DNA from: Octopus sinensis | Lineage: Eukaryota | Direction of reading: 5' to 3' | Assembly (NCBI RefSeq): GCF_006345805.1 | Contig: NC_042997.1 | Location: 67,766,001-67,830,000, forward strand | Length of the DNA: 64,000 nt | In this document: one piece after another, positions 1-11,700 of the stretch | Numbering within the stretch: the stretch's first letter is position 1 | Layout: each line of letters begins with the position of its first letter | Program-made: the position numbers and the translations under genes | The notes under the pieces: model-generated | The model's input: only the letters and a program-made list of their open reading frames with translations | Database searches by the model: none | Told to the model about the DNA's origin: nothing

Positions 1-962
1 TCTATCGCGTGTGGTGGGTGGATCTTCAAGTTGCCACACGCATTCTTAGTAGCTTAGAGTAGGCTCGAATTAGATATTATTCTTTGTGGCTAATGGCGTG
101 AGTCCTGATTGGAAGAAGAAGACAACAGCAGCTGAAAGAACAACAAGAGCAGCTGCTACAACTGCAAGAAAAACAGCAAGTAAGAACAAGAATTCTCGCT
201 AAGCTGGAACAAAACCAAGCTGTAACCTTACAACAAGTGTCAGAAGAGTGTGAAATAATAGTAAATTTTAGATACGACACAAAAAAATTGACCATAAATA
301 TTGCTTCCAAGTGAAGTAAGTGCGAAACAGGCAAAATAGAAATCAAGTGTGTACTAAAATACAGTACAAACAGGACAAAAATTAGGAAACAAACTCATAT
401 TTTGCATGCGGAGGTTTACACTTGAGAAAAACTGCCTATTTAAGAAAGCGGAATGTTTCCGTTGTGGAAAAATTGGATACATAAAAGCACACTGTAAAAC
501 CAAGATGACAAAACGTTGGAACAAATAAACAAAATGTCGTCGAAAGAAAATGGTAATATAACAAAGAGGAAATTTGTAAATGTGAAAATTAAAATTATAA
601 GAATAAAAATGTAGTTAGACACAAGAAGTGATATTACCATTGTAAATGAAGTATATAGGTAAGCCGAAATTAAGTAGATCTACAAAAGTAGCGCACGGTG
701 TTATGGGTAAAATATTTATTTCGTAGGTGAATTTGTGTGTAATGTGACATTTCGTGACCGAATGAAAACGGCAAAAATATGTGTTAAAGAATTAAGTTAA
801 TCTATTCGACACAGAGTGGATGGAATTGTTCAAATTGTGGAATACGCCCAAAAGTATTTTGTGTGGGAATATAGTCGGTTCAGTCGAAGGTTCAAATTCG
901 GCTGAAGGATTGAAACAAAAAATAAAACATTTATTCCCAGAAGTTTTCTCGGAGCAACTGGG

Positions 963-2129
963 GTGCTGCACAGTGCAACACCTGTATTTAAGCGAAAACG
1001 GAATGTACTATTAGCAGCAATAGAACAGGTAAATAAGGAACTTAGAAAACTTGAAAACCTAGAAATAATCGAGAAGCCGGATCACTCAAACTGGGCAGCA
1101 CCTACGGTCTACGTTAAAAAGAAAAATAAGTTAAGAGTTTGGGCAGATTTTTCAACTGGGCTGAATTGTTGCTTAATCTCACATTTCTACCTATTGCCGC
1201 ACCCTGAAGAAGTGTTTGCAAAACTGAATGGAGGGAAATTCTTCTCAAAATTAGACCTCTCGGAGGCATATTTACAAATCCAAGTAGAAGAAGAATGCTC
1301 ACACTTATTAACCATTAATATACACCGTGGATTATTTAAATCTAAGCTGCTTCCCTTTCGTGTAAAAGTGACCCCTTCCATATTTCAACAAATAATGGAT
1401 ATGTAACAGGATGAGAGGTCCCAGCATTGGAAGGGTGCAGCTCGCATCCTTTACATTAAATATTAATCGAAGGAAAGAGTCAAGACTTCCGATTAACTTC
1501 AACAGTATAAATATTCATTTCTTGATTCGCAATATATATATTCTTCTTTCTGGGCGAATCGGCAGCCTAGGAGCTTATCGCAGTAGTCAAGTGGAGTGAG
1601 CCAAATCCTGTCCGTTCAAGCATAGCGGAGATACGCCACAAGGTATCAGCTTGAAAGAGCTGCTAAAACACGACTGTCCTGTTCAGCTGCTGGCGTTCGA
1701 GAGAACGATACGAGAGAAATTTCGCTGCTGCTAGTTTTCTGCGCATGCACATGAGGGAACTTCCGGCAGGCCTCCCGGAAGAAACCAACTCTGCGCATGC
1801 GTGCTGGGGATTTCCAAGATGGCGTCACTACAGATAGAATGCTGTGTGACTGTGATTTTGCGATCGCCTATTTAGACGATATTCTAATAAAAAGCAAATC
1901 ACATGAACAACATGTAGAACGTGTTAAAAGGGTATTCGAAAAGATTAGAGAATACGGTTTCAAGTTAACGGAAGAAAAATGCGAGTTCTTTATGAAAGAA
2001 ATTAATTACTCGGGTCAGGTAATAGATAAAAGCAGATGGAAACCAGATCCATCCAGAGCAACAGCGATAAGAAATATGTCCATACCGAATAATGTGATTA
2101 CGCTACAAGCACTTTCATTTGCAAGTTGT
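963..2129 (+). pseudogene. Gypsy reverse transcriptase pseudogene split in two (963-1401 and 1837-2129)
   Basis: Removing 1402-1836 restores the frame: ...FQQIMD-R-MLCDCDFAIAYLDD... The YLDD catalytic motif is retained. Confidence 0.88.
1402..1832 (-). mobile_element. Solo LTR (431 bp) with 4-bp target-site duplication
   Basis: Termini TGTAAC...CTACA (TG...CA). GATA is duplicated at 1398-1401 and 1833-1836. The insert sits exactly within the RT frame. Minus orientation is tentative. Confidence 0.85.
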
Positions 2130-2289
2130 TAGCAAATAAACTGTGCGAGAGCCACAATAATTATTGAAGCTGACATGTTTCAACTGAAGATACCGCTCCG
2201 ACCTTATCATCTGAAGATGCCTTTCATGAAATTTGTAGTGGTAAACGTTGAACAAGTGGTCGCAAAGCATCAAATCAATTTATAACATA

Positions 2290-2507
2290 GACAGGAGTGC
2301 TGAAGAGTTCCTGGATTTAAGGGCATCGTGAAAGGCCTGGTTGGAGGCCCAAACTTCTGAGTTCTTTTACAGGGCTCAGAAAAAGCTGAAGGGTCGCTGC
2401 AATAAGATTGTAAATCTGAGAGGGGAATATGTTGAGTAAAATCATCTTTAACCGATCCTCCTGTATTTTCTTTTACTCAGAACCAGGAACTTTTCAGCAC
2501 TCCCTCG
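2290..2507 (+). mobile_element. Internally deleted mariner (MITE-like)
   Basis: Inverted ends GGAGTGCTGAAGAGTTCCTGG / CCAGGAACTTTTCAGCACTCC. The interior encodes a mariner C-terminus FFYRAQKKLKGRCNKIVNLRGEYVE*. Confidence 0.75.
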
Positions 2508-2547
2508 CATTTATAAAATATATTGGTTTCAAAGTTTGGTACAAGGC

Positions 2548-2720
2548 CAGCACTTTTGGAAGAGGGGATAAGTCGATTACATTGCCCTCTTGTTCAACTG
2601 GAACTTGTTTTATCAACCCCGAAATAATGAAATACAAAGTCGACCCTGGCGATATTTGAACAAAGTCGGAAGAAATGCTGCTAAGCATTTTTCGCGGTAC
2701 GGTAACGATTCTGCTTGGTC
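2548..2720 (-). mobile_element. SINE family A (tRNA-derived), degraded
   Basis: Reverse-complement similarity to the family A copy at 27183-27415 (AAGTCGATTACA, AAAGTCGACC, GCTAAGCATTTT blocks). Confidence 0.7.
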
Positions 2721-3452
2721 ACTGCCATATATTTATAAAGCATATTAATGAGATATATACTAGCGACAGAGGCAATATTAATACCGAGAGGTAATATTTA
2801 TCAGCACTTAAACGTGGACGTTTTATTTGAACAAACTATGTTGCAGTATCTATCATGAGAGAAACTCTCATACTGGCCTTTTGATGTAAAATGCACTCTT
2901 GTTTATATAGCTAGCGGGGAGATAACTCTCCGCTACCTCTAGAGCCGAGAGCACCAGTTGATGGACACTCGACTGCTAGAGGAAACAGCGATTCACCTCG
3001 CCGCCAGCGATGTGTAGATTGACTTATTAATGAGAGAACAAAGGTATATTAATGTATATAAAAAATATAGCAGAAAACCAGGAAAGATCCGGAAGGTGGA
3101 AGTTCACAGTAATTTGGTGTAAATGGGTATCCTCCATGATGCGGTAGAAAAAAATTCGAGATTTTAGCGTTGATTTGACCTAAGTAGTTAATTGGAATCC
3201 GTAGAATCATTGGTGAAAAACTTGCAAGAGATGGTTAGGAAAGGTACCATACCACACACACACACACACACACACATACACACGTATATAGAAATTATTC
3301 TTGCATTTCTTTCTCTGAGTTTATTAATCTCCAACTAATTTCTAATTAATTTTTAAAACCCTCTCAGTCTCTAAATGCTTCCATTAGATAAATCTTGTAA
3401 GGTTTCTGTTTACATATAATATGTATGAGAGAGAGTGTGTGTGCTAGATAGG

Positions 3453-3473
3453 GAGAGGGAGACAGAGAGAATA

Positions 3474-3547
<74 letters not shown>

Positions 3548-3580
3548 TGTGTGTGTGTGTGTGTATGTGTGTGTGTGTGT
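3453..3580. repeat. (AG)n followed by (GT)n compound microsatellite
   Basis: Direct reading of dinucleotide runs. Confidence 0.95.
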
Positions 3581-3739
3581 TAGTGTGAGTGCTGTACGTA
3601 CAAAGATATGCACCTAACAAGAAACATCTCAGTTCATCTAATCGCGACAGTTATTGACTGAGAAAACTTAGAAATTCGTTGGTGCTAAGATTAATGCCTA
3701 CGTGAAATAAATGCAAGAATTAATTTTACATCTATGCAT

Positions 3740-3946
3740 GCATGTATATATATATGCGCCGCACAGACACACACACGCACACACGCACACACACACACAC
3801 ATGCACGCACGCACACATATATACACTCACAGGCACACACAAATATATGTATGTATATATTATGTATACGTATGCGTTTCTCTCTCTCTCTCTCTCATAC
3901 ATACATACATACATACATACATACATACATACATACATACATACAT

Positions 3947-3978
<32 letters not shown>

Positions 3979-3985
3979 GCACACA
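3740..3985. repeat. Compound (CA)n/(CT)n/(CATA)n/(TA)n microsatellite
   Basis: Direct reading. It explains the low-complexity ORFs at 3711-4037. Confidence 0.95.
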
Positions 3986-4649
3986 TAAGTGTGCACATGT
4001 AATTTAGGAGACTGATCTCAGCCAAAGCCAGCATCAAAGAGAGAGAGAAAGAAAGAGAGGGAAAGTGAAAGGGAGAGAGCGAGAGACAAATTTGTATTCA
4101 GTCCCCTTTCTTCAACTATAAATCTAGAACAGTGTATTACGGATTCGTTGACTAAAATAGACTGTTTATCGGGTTGTTCTGTCTCAAGAGATTTCTACCG
4201 GAAGAAGTATGATAAGCGAGATAAGGAAATAATATTCCGACAGTCTAGAGAGTGTATCCTAAATAGCAATGTATATTGAAACATATCAGTGAAATATTTG
4301 AAGGGCTCGTATTACACTGAATCAGCAAACATGCTTTGGTAAAAATGCAAAGTTAGATTTGTACAGAAATGTGCATTGTTGTATGTGGTTGCGTCAACGA
4401 CCATCGGATTATAAAGTGTGGCTTGTACCCGCTTTGTCGATTGCCAAGAAGTTTAACTCTAACATTGGACAAATCTACTTGCACAACTTTATTTCGATAA
4501 GTATGTAAATGATTGTTTTAAGTTATTAAGTATTTTCAAGTAAATAGTCATATTTGGAATGTACTCGATTTTAAATCAGTTTGTATAGTCTGGTAATCTC
4601 GAACGTATAGACTTAGACTTCGAACCTGTGAGCAATACAAATACCATTA

Positions 4650-5140
4650 TGAATCTGCAGTAAATATTTCAGCCTCCACCTGATTTTCATAATGACAACA
4701 GTTGAAGTTCGTTGCAGCAGAAATTGTGTCGTGTATGTGGTCTTTCAGTTTTAGTGTATTTGTTTCGATGTATACGAGATGGTTGGTCTGTGTACAATTT
4801 ATGATACGAACTGCACTATTTTGTGTTGTTTGAAATTTATTGTAGTTCGAAGTGGAGATTGAGTGCCCAAGCCAGACTGGCGTAGTCCGTGATAGATCTA
4901 ATGTGTTGTTTGTACACGTTGTCGCTTCCTTTTGTTGACCAAATGTGATATCTGGGATTACTCTGAATATGTTTGAACGTTGTTTTGCTTTCTTTAAAAT
5001 GTTTGCTTTCTGTATTGTGATTGCTGTGAGGGCATTGTATGTAACTCTTGGTATTTTTGCTTTCTGTATGTATTGTGTGTTTATGGTGTTCAATGTGATA
5101 GTTTGTTATATCTGATGTTCTCTGGTGTTGTTGATAAGAA
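4650..5140 (-). mobile_element. Non-LTR retrotransposon (I/Jockey-group-like) ORF2 C-terminal remnant
   Basis: Minus-strand translation KAKQRSNIFRVIPDITFGQQKEAT...VWLGHSISTSNYNKFQTTQNSAVRII resembles the post-RT region of APE-type LINEs. Confidence 0.65.
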
Positions 5141-5410
5141 GGGAAAAGTTAATTGCTAGGAGCTGCATGGGAACGTGCAAATCTTATTTCTTTCAAAAAT
5201 AAAAACATCCTAAATAAAATTAAAAAAAGCCAAAACAAACTCGTATCAAGAAACTATCATTTCCCCTCTCTGCTTTAACATGAACAGCTTATACCTAGAG
5301 CCCTCCAAATGACTACAGACGTTAGAAATAAGTATCATCAAGGATCTCTTATGTCGAAAGCATCCCAAAGCTTGTTCCTAAAATTCATTCCATAATTGCC
5401 CACAGGCATT

Positions 5411-5477
5411 TGGCGTAGTGGTTAAGAGCGCGGGCCACTAAGCCCAAGATTCCGAGTTCGATTCCAAGCAGTGACCT
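5411..5477 (+). mobile_element. tRNA-derived SINE head (family C) with Pol III A and B boxes
   Basis: A box TGGCGTAGTGG at 5411-5421 and B box GAGTTCGATTC at 5454-5464. GGGC/GCCC anticodon-like stem. No proper acceptor stem. Followed by (AAT)n. Confidence 0.75.
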
Positions 5478-5478
5478 C

Positions 5479-5515
<37 letters not shown>

Positions 5516-6040
5516 GGCAGTGGCTCTCATGGCTTCTGATCTTAACTGATTGGAAGTATTATCATGTACATTGTTTTGTCCTGGACTACAGCAAATATTC
5601 TGCTCAATACCACAGATTTGCTTGTCAGTTGTTTGACCTTAACCAGTTGAGCATGTCCCTGAGTGGCTGACGATATGTGCATCTCTGATCACGAGCAGAA
5701 GTAGTGGGGGAGCATCATAGCCATGTGTTGAGAGGGATTTTTTGGGGTTTGAATAATTCAACTTTGGAAACATGGGTGCTTCGTTCAACATCCTTAAACA
5801 ATCCTTATTCAGGGATCTTTTGAGCAGGATGGGTTACTCGACCAGAAGAAAATTCTAACTGGGCCCCACCTGCAAGGTCATGTGCTGTTTATCTTGATAT
5901 GAGATCACCATGTCGCGCACATATGGTTGTGATGCATGTGTCTGGTGTACCCTTATCAGACGGGTAATCATGATGGATATACTGGGCTTCGTATATTTTA
6001 CCCCAGTGTCACTTTGATGGTATGCACTGCTCTCTCACTC
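5516..6040 (+). mobile_element. Unclassified ~525-bp interspersed repeat (family E) flanked by (AAT)n
   Basis: Its 5' part recurs inverted at 30613-30846 and its 3' end recurs inverted at 31424-31518. No ORF. Confidence 0.8.
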
Positions 6041-6056
6041 AATAATAATAATAATA

Positions 6057-6131
<75 letters not shown>

Positions 6132-6143
6132 TAACAACAACAA
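6041..6143. repeat. (AAT)n/(AAC)n microsatellite
   Basis: Direct reading. Confidence 0.97.
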
Positions 6144-6144
6144 C

Positions 6145-6317
6145 ATCGAAGAATACCTTAGGAATGAGAACCCAGGTTCGAAATTTCCCCAAGACACCTG
6201 AAGAAGGCTGGAGGGTATATCAGCCAAAACGTTGTGTTAACAACAAACAAGATGAGGTCAAATATCCGGCGAATGTAAATAATGTACATAATTCTTCATG
6301 TCTTAAATATAGAACTG
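6145..6317 (+). mobile_element. Penelope pseudo-LTR-like tail carrying a hammerhead-like motif
   Basis: Roughly 90% identical by eye to 31580-31750. Contains CTGAAGA-A-GGCTG...CAGCC-AAAACGTT. Confidence 0.7.
6193..6238 (+). ncRNA. Type I hammerhead-ribozyme-like motif, probably inactive (G12>A)
   Basis: Stem I GACAC/GTGTT, core CTGAAGA, extra A, stem II GGCTG/CAGCC. AAAA replaces GAAA at 6226-6229. Confidence 0.55.
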
Positions 6318-6329
6318 GAAAAGTATCTG

Positions 6330-7450
6330 TAAAAGATTTTGTTGGTTTTCGAATTGTAATAGTTTTGCCAAGCTTCTAAAGTCTACGAATTTGACAGCGT
6401 TGGCACGTGTAGTTGTAGATATTAGTGAGTGCTGCTGTTCATTCAGCCCACACGTGTTTTGTGTGTATGTCTTTAATTTTGTCTCACTCTGAGGCTTTTG
6501 ATTTGCTAGATTTCAGTCTTGCTTTTTGGATGTTTGACAGGAAGATGCGTATTTCTCGGTTTGCATTTTTTTATGTGTTTCCTTTTGATTTATTGATTTT
6601 CGGGAAATGCTTAATAAGGGCATTAACTTGGTATTGCAGTGTGGGTATTTTATTTGAGGTTGTTATTACAACATGGGGTGAGTTGAGACCGTTGTTGTTG
6701 TTGAAAACGATGTTAATTATTCTCAATAGTGTTTTACTGTTAGAATTAAATAAATATTTGTCAGTTTTCTATTTTCCGTTATTTTATTTTATTTTCTTAT
6801 TTAATTGTTTGATGCAGTGTTTGATTTTGCTCCAGAGTGGTTTTGGTGTATTTTGCTCTGTTTTTTTTCTATAATTGGGTTGCATTTTTATGTTGCTTTG
6901 TGAGATGTTTCTTAGATGCGTCTATAATTATTTTGTTGAATGTTTGTACTGCAGTGCCTATGTTGGTAATTGTGGTATTGCTGATTTCAGAAAACTTTGG
7001 TTCTGCTCCTGGTTGAGATTGTAACATTTAAAAAAAGTTTTTGTGCATGATATTTTCCCAAACTTGTACAAGTGTTTTGCGATAATCCAAGTAACACTGA
7101 AGCATTGTTTGCCAACTGATTGTAGTAGTTAAGTGCACTGAACAGAAGGGGATATTAGGGGAGGAATTATCGTATGTTTGTTTAGTAAGATATATGTGTG
7201 TGTGTTAGTGTAGGCAATTTGATATGTAGGGGAACCCGAATGCTGCTGTTTCATTCCTCTTATTTTCCCCACTCTTTGAAAACCAGGATGTGTTGAGAGT
7301 ATTAAAGTCTTCTACAATGAAGACATTCGTGAGAGTGTAATAACGTTGAGCCTAGAGGGACGGTTAGTGAGGTCAGCTGGAATATGCATAAATTTATTAT
7401 ATCGTTATACTTACTATGTTGTTGATTTATGTTTTGAAAACCTGCTTATC
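6330..7450 (-). mobile_element. Non-LTR retrotransposon ORF2 remnant (APE endonuclease to start of RT), probably the same element as 4650-5140
   Basis: Minus-strand NVFIVEDFNTLNTSW (GDFNAH..W-like) at ~7285-7330, NSSPNIPFCS (SSPDIS-like) at ~7145-7175, KLGKTITIRKPTKS (WK.A.IIPI.KP-like) at ~6335-6377. Confidence 0.65.
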
Positions 7451-7939
7451 TAGTGTAGAATCGTACTCTATTAGTTTGTGAATGCCATTTGTGACACATA
7501 TTGAATGCAATATTTAAATTATACTTAAATTGCAAGACCATCTATTCCATTGAAAAGGCTCTGTCATGGATAGTTTTAAAACTGTTTCGTAAATTATTGC
7601 TTTGTACATTGCAAATGATGGTTATAAAAAAACAAGCAAAAATTTATTAAGCTATTTTCAAAACCGTTCATGCTATGTTGTAGAACTGGTAGATTTGTGT
7701 CACATTTACTTATCTTATTTTTATATTGATTTGTACGTCGGAAGAATGTGTTTTTAAATGAATTTTGTGCTATTCTGGGATGTTTGGAATCGTGACAACA
7801 ACGCTTCCTTTATGATCATCGACGTTGTTGTTATTGTTAATGTTGTTGATGTTATTGTTGTTTGACCTGCAAAGTTTTACTGGATTGTTTGTAAATGCTT
7901 TTGTTTTTTTTGGTTCTGAAATGTTGAAGACTATTCTTT

Positions 7940-8171
7940 TGTTCTTTTTTCTTTTGTTTCTTTCAGTCATTTGACTGTAGCCATGCTGGAGCACCGCCTT
8001 TAGTCGAACAAATCGACCCCAGGATTGATTATTTTTAAGCGTAGTACTTGTTCTATCAGTCTCTTTTGCCGAACCGCTAAGTTACTGGGGACATAACACC
8101 AATATCGGTCGTCAAACGATTGCTAGGGGGACAAACACAGACACAAACACACAAACACAGACACAGACACA

Positions 8172-8216
<45 letters not shown>

Positions 8217-8376
8217 CGGGCTTCTTTCAGTTTCTGTCTACCAAATCCACTCACAAGGCTTTTGTCGGCCCGAGGCTATAATAGAAGACATTTGCCCATG
8301 GTGCCACGCAGTGGGACTGAACCCGGAGCCATATGGTTAGGAAGTAAGCTTCGTACAACACAGCCACTCCTGCGCC
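7940..8376 (-). mobile_element. SINE family B (tRNA-derived, internal (CA)n), near full length
   Basis: Minus-strand head GGCGCAGGAGTGGCTGTG...GGGTTCAGTCCCACTG, followed by body, (TG)n and 3' GGCGGTGCTCCAGCATGGC. Multiple copies in the window. Confidence 0.85.
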
Positions 8377-8599
8377 TTAAAAGAAAAAGAAATGTTGTCT
8401 TTCAACATACATTTGGGTCGGTTACGTGTTGAGATTTAGTTTCTAAAGTTCAAAGACATTCACATATACTGGGAAAGAATTTCCTGTGTGTCGAAATTTC
8501 ACCTTTGACTTACATTCCAACCGTGGCCTCTCGTGTTCTTCCCTGGGTTGTTGTACTTAATATTAATTTATCATAAATATTTAACCATCTTGAAGATTG

Positions 8600-8745
8600 T
8601 TGGGTGGTATTCCGTATGTCATTACCAACTTTTCCTGCAAGTTTCATCAAATACCGTTTACAACTTTTTGAGTTATTTTGCACACAGACGGACAGACAGA
8701 CAAACCAACGCCGATGAAAAAATAATCTCCTTCCTTGGTGGAGGT

Positions 8746-8748
<3 letters not shown>
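8600..8748 (+). mobile_element. Probable 3' end of a non-autonomous Helitron/Helentron-associated element
   Basis: (CAGA)n-like run, then CCAACGCCGATGAAAA and a terminal CTCC-ttccttggt-GGAG hairpin abutting an A/T-rich tract. This layout is typical of HINE/DINE-like elements. Confidence 0.45.
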
Positions 8749-8935
<187 letters not shown>

Positions 8936-9399
8936 TGTATATGAGTTAATATGTATAACGAATAAGCATTGAGTGGTTTGATATTAAATAAGGTATCCTG
9001 GATAAAGTACTTCGCGACGCATTCTACATGAAACCAAATAGTAAAACTGATGTTAATCACATTGTGGTAAGTAGAAAGAAGCAAAAAGCCGATCTGTGTT
9101 AACATGGTACTTTACTGAGGAGGCCGAATGTATTGCCAAGACCAGAACCATTCAGCACTGCATTGCTTAGACTCCATATTTAATTTATATTATATAATTA
9201 AAATTTCGTGATTGACTTTGGCATGAATTCTTCATTAACCAAATGATTATTTCCACTCACTACATTTTGAACTAATTAACATTCTTCGCTCATTCTCATT
9301 TGTTTTTTCAGGCATAACATGACTCAGGATATATTTTCTCTAAAAGTTCTACTTCAAAGCTTCTTTTTCTGCCAGCTCACCAGTTTTTAGAATATTATA

Positions 9400-9655
9400 T
9401 TGGGTTGGTGCATAATTATTGCGGCTTTTTTCCAACAAATTTTATTCAACAAAAACAATAACAATACTTTATAAAAACATCTTTAAATGACGGTCTGACC
9501 GTCTGCCAAGCAAATGTGAAGCAGTAACTGAAGTAGATTGTGAATATGCTCCGGAATAATCATTTAAAGATGTTTTTGTTACATGTTGTTATTGTTTTCT
9601 TGAATAAAATTTGTTGAAAAAAAAAAAAAGCCGCTATAATTATGCACCAACCCAA
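9400..9655. mobile_element. Mariner-type MITE (256 bp) with ~90-bp imperfect TIRs and TA TSD
   Basis: TTGGGTTGGTGCATAATTATTGCGGC... / ...GCCGCTATAATTATGCACCAACCCAA, flanked by TA at 9398-9399 and 9656-9657. Confidence 0.88.
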
Positions 9656-10281
9656 TATATAGGTGTCAATTTGTTTGGAAAGGGTAGGCGGCAACAACAG
9701 GTCTTGACTTGTGTATCGTTACTGGTATTTATATTCAGAGAAGCAAAAATTCCCACGGCTAACCTTACATATTGCTTGTAAAAGGATTACTTAACTATTA
9801 AGATTTCACATACAAAATCAAATTTATAAGGATGTGGGAGGAAAGATATTGGATAACTACCAGACTTTTTTTTACGTATATATATTTGTATTTTTATCTG
9901 GCCATTAGCGTAAATTGTGTGAATTAGTTTCAACTGATAGGCAAAAACAGTTTTCAGTTTTATTTTGCTATGAGTTCTTTTCTTGATCTGTTTTATGTTT
10001 TACAATATTAGCCTCGTTACGGTAATATTGTGTTATTTAGATGAAAAGCCATGCAATTATAAGAAAAAGGAATGAAGAGAGGCAACATTCATGTCTTTCT
10101 CAAGAACATTGATTCTATATGATTCAGGCATTGGTTTGGGGTTGAGAAGTTGGCGTGGATTCCATGTGGTTCTGGCATTAATTCCACTGTGTGACATCTT
10201 GAGCAGATGCTGTCTACAATAGCTTCGTGTTGACTATTGCATTAAGAGTGGAATTTGGTTGGTTGAAACTATACAGAAGCC

Positions 10282-10352
<71 letters not shown>

Positions 10353-11099
10353 TACATACATACATACATACATGTATGAAGGTGGTGCAACATTTGTCAT
10401 TGACAACTCGAAGATTTTAAAATGAACTTCAACATCTCTTACGGAGAAGTCGTAAACAGAAGGTTCATGTTAACTGGCATGTACGCTCTTCCAATGATAC
10501 TATCAAACCTATGTAAGCTGGGTCTACAACAGGAGTACCTTGCATTCTTTATCTCTACTGCTTGTTACTCTTTATAGTAAGAAGGAACCTAATGGTACAG
10601 CAGTGTTCATGCAAAGAGATCGCGCTGACATAAAACAACTTGCGCGACTGTTTTGATACGCCAGAGCAAATATTGCAGCGTTCGATTTCTTGATGATTAC
10701 TAACATATTCGACGGAATATGTCAGTTAAAACTGATAGGGGTATTAAATCTCTCGATCAGAAGTGGGAAATAGAGAATAATATCACCTTTTGGGGTTATT
10801 CTTCTGCAAGAAGGAGAAATATTTTTACTTACTTGGGTTTTCATGTCAAAGGACTTTAGAAATCGTTTGCGCATATGTTGCTTACCATGCAAAGTGACTT
10901 ACAGTTGAAGCAACAGCAGAGACCTTGAGCCACCTGGGTTTTCACAATATATTTCCCCACTTCCTTAGATTGAAAAGCCCAGCAGATATGATGAAATCAA
11001 TTTGATTGAAGTGAATTTTATTTGTAAACCAAATCAAAATATGTGTATAGGGCATTTCCTGTTTCCGTGGTCTTATCAAGGAAACATAATGATTGTCCG

Positions 11100-11449
11100 A
11101 AAGAAAAAAGTGGATTCTCTATCATTATACCGAACGGAAATGTCAATGGGCAGCACTCAATGAAAACGGAGAATCTTACCCTAACCCAGGACTACGACTG
11201 AAAAAATGTTATGCTCTGTGTTTGGTGAAATACGAAGGGTATCGTCTATCATAAAATGTTAAACCAAACCGAAACAAAATTTTGTTGAAAAACATCCATC
11301 ATTGGTCAGTCACAAAGGAGTATTTATTTTACACGATTAGGCAAGACAAGAAGAAAAGATAATGGCACTGAATATAGAAGTTTTGCTTATCCTCCTTACC
11401 CTCCCAACTTTGCTTCATTTGGTTACAATCTTTCCATTTCTTCCCAACC

Positions 11450-11450
<1 letters not shown>
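11100..11450 (+). pseudogene. Degenerate mariner transposase fragment
   Basis: KWILYHYTERKCQW...VMLCVW.NTKGIVYH...FILHD*AR...PPYPPNF, matching mariner WILYDN, HDNARPH and HPPYSPDL motifs, with frameshifts. Confidence 0.7.
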
Positions 11451-11531
<81 letters not shown>

Positions 11532-11638
11532 ATTGATAAAAATGGTAAGACAACAAAAGAAAGAAAGAGACCTCGATATTATGTAAATACAGGAATTTTA
11601 TCTGTAAATGTAATATGTGACAATTATTCGGTAGCCAT

Positions 11639-11700
11639 GATAAAACTCCGAGTTTCGGATGCCGAGGTGGAAATCCACGCCGCCATCTTTTCAGTTATCC
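11639..11700 (-). ncRNA. Type I hammerhead-like motif (core variant CUGAAAA)
   Basis: Minus strand: GATAA-CTGAAAA-GATG...CATC-C-GAAA-CTC-G-GAG-T-T-TTATC. 5-bp stem I, 14-position stem II with 2 mismatches, quasi-palindromic stem III. G8 absent. Confidence 0.55.

Larger units (their letters stand above)
85..2130 (+). mobile_element. Degenerate Ty3/gypsy LTR retrotransposon internal region (gag zinc knuckles, protease, RT), interrupted by a solo LTR
   Basis: Frameshifted CCHC knuckles at ~397-500 (FACGGLHLR...AECFRCGK..GYIKAHCK). Protease-like LDTRSDITIVN at 615-647. RT motifs WAAPTVYVKK, RVWADF, FSKLDLSEAYLQI, FQQIMD (963-1401), continuing as MLCDCDFAIAYLDDILI (1839 onward). Multiple stops and frameshifts. 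Confidence 0.92.

Noticed and set aside
5411-5477. Functional tRNA gene
   Set aside because: A and B boxes are present, but there is no closing acceptor stem, the anticodon loop is irregular and it runs into (AAT)n. Better explained as a SINE head.
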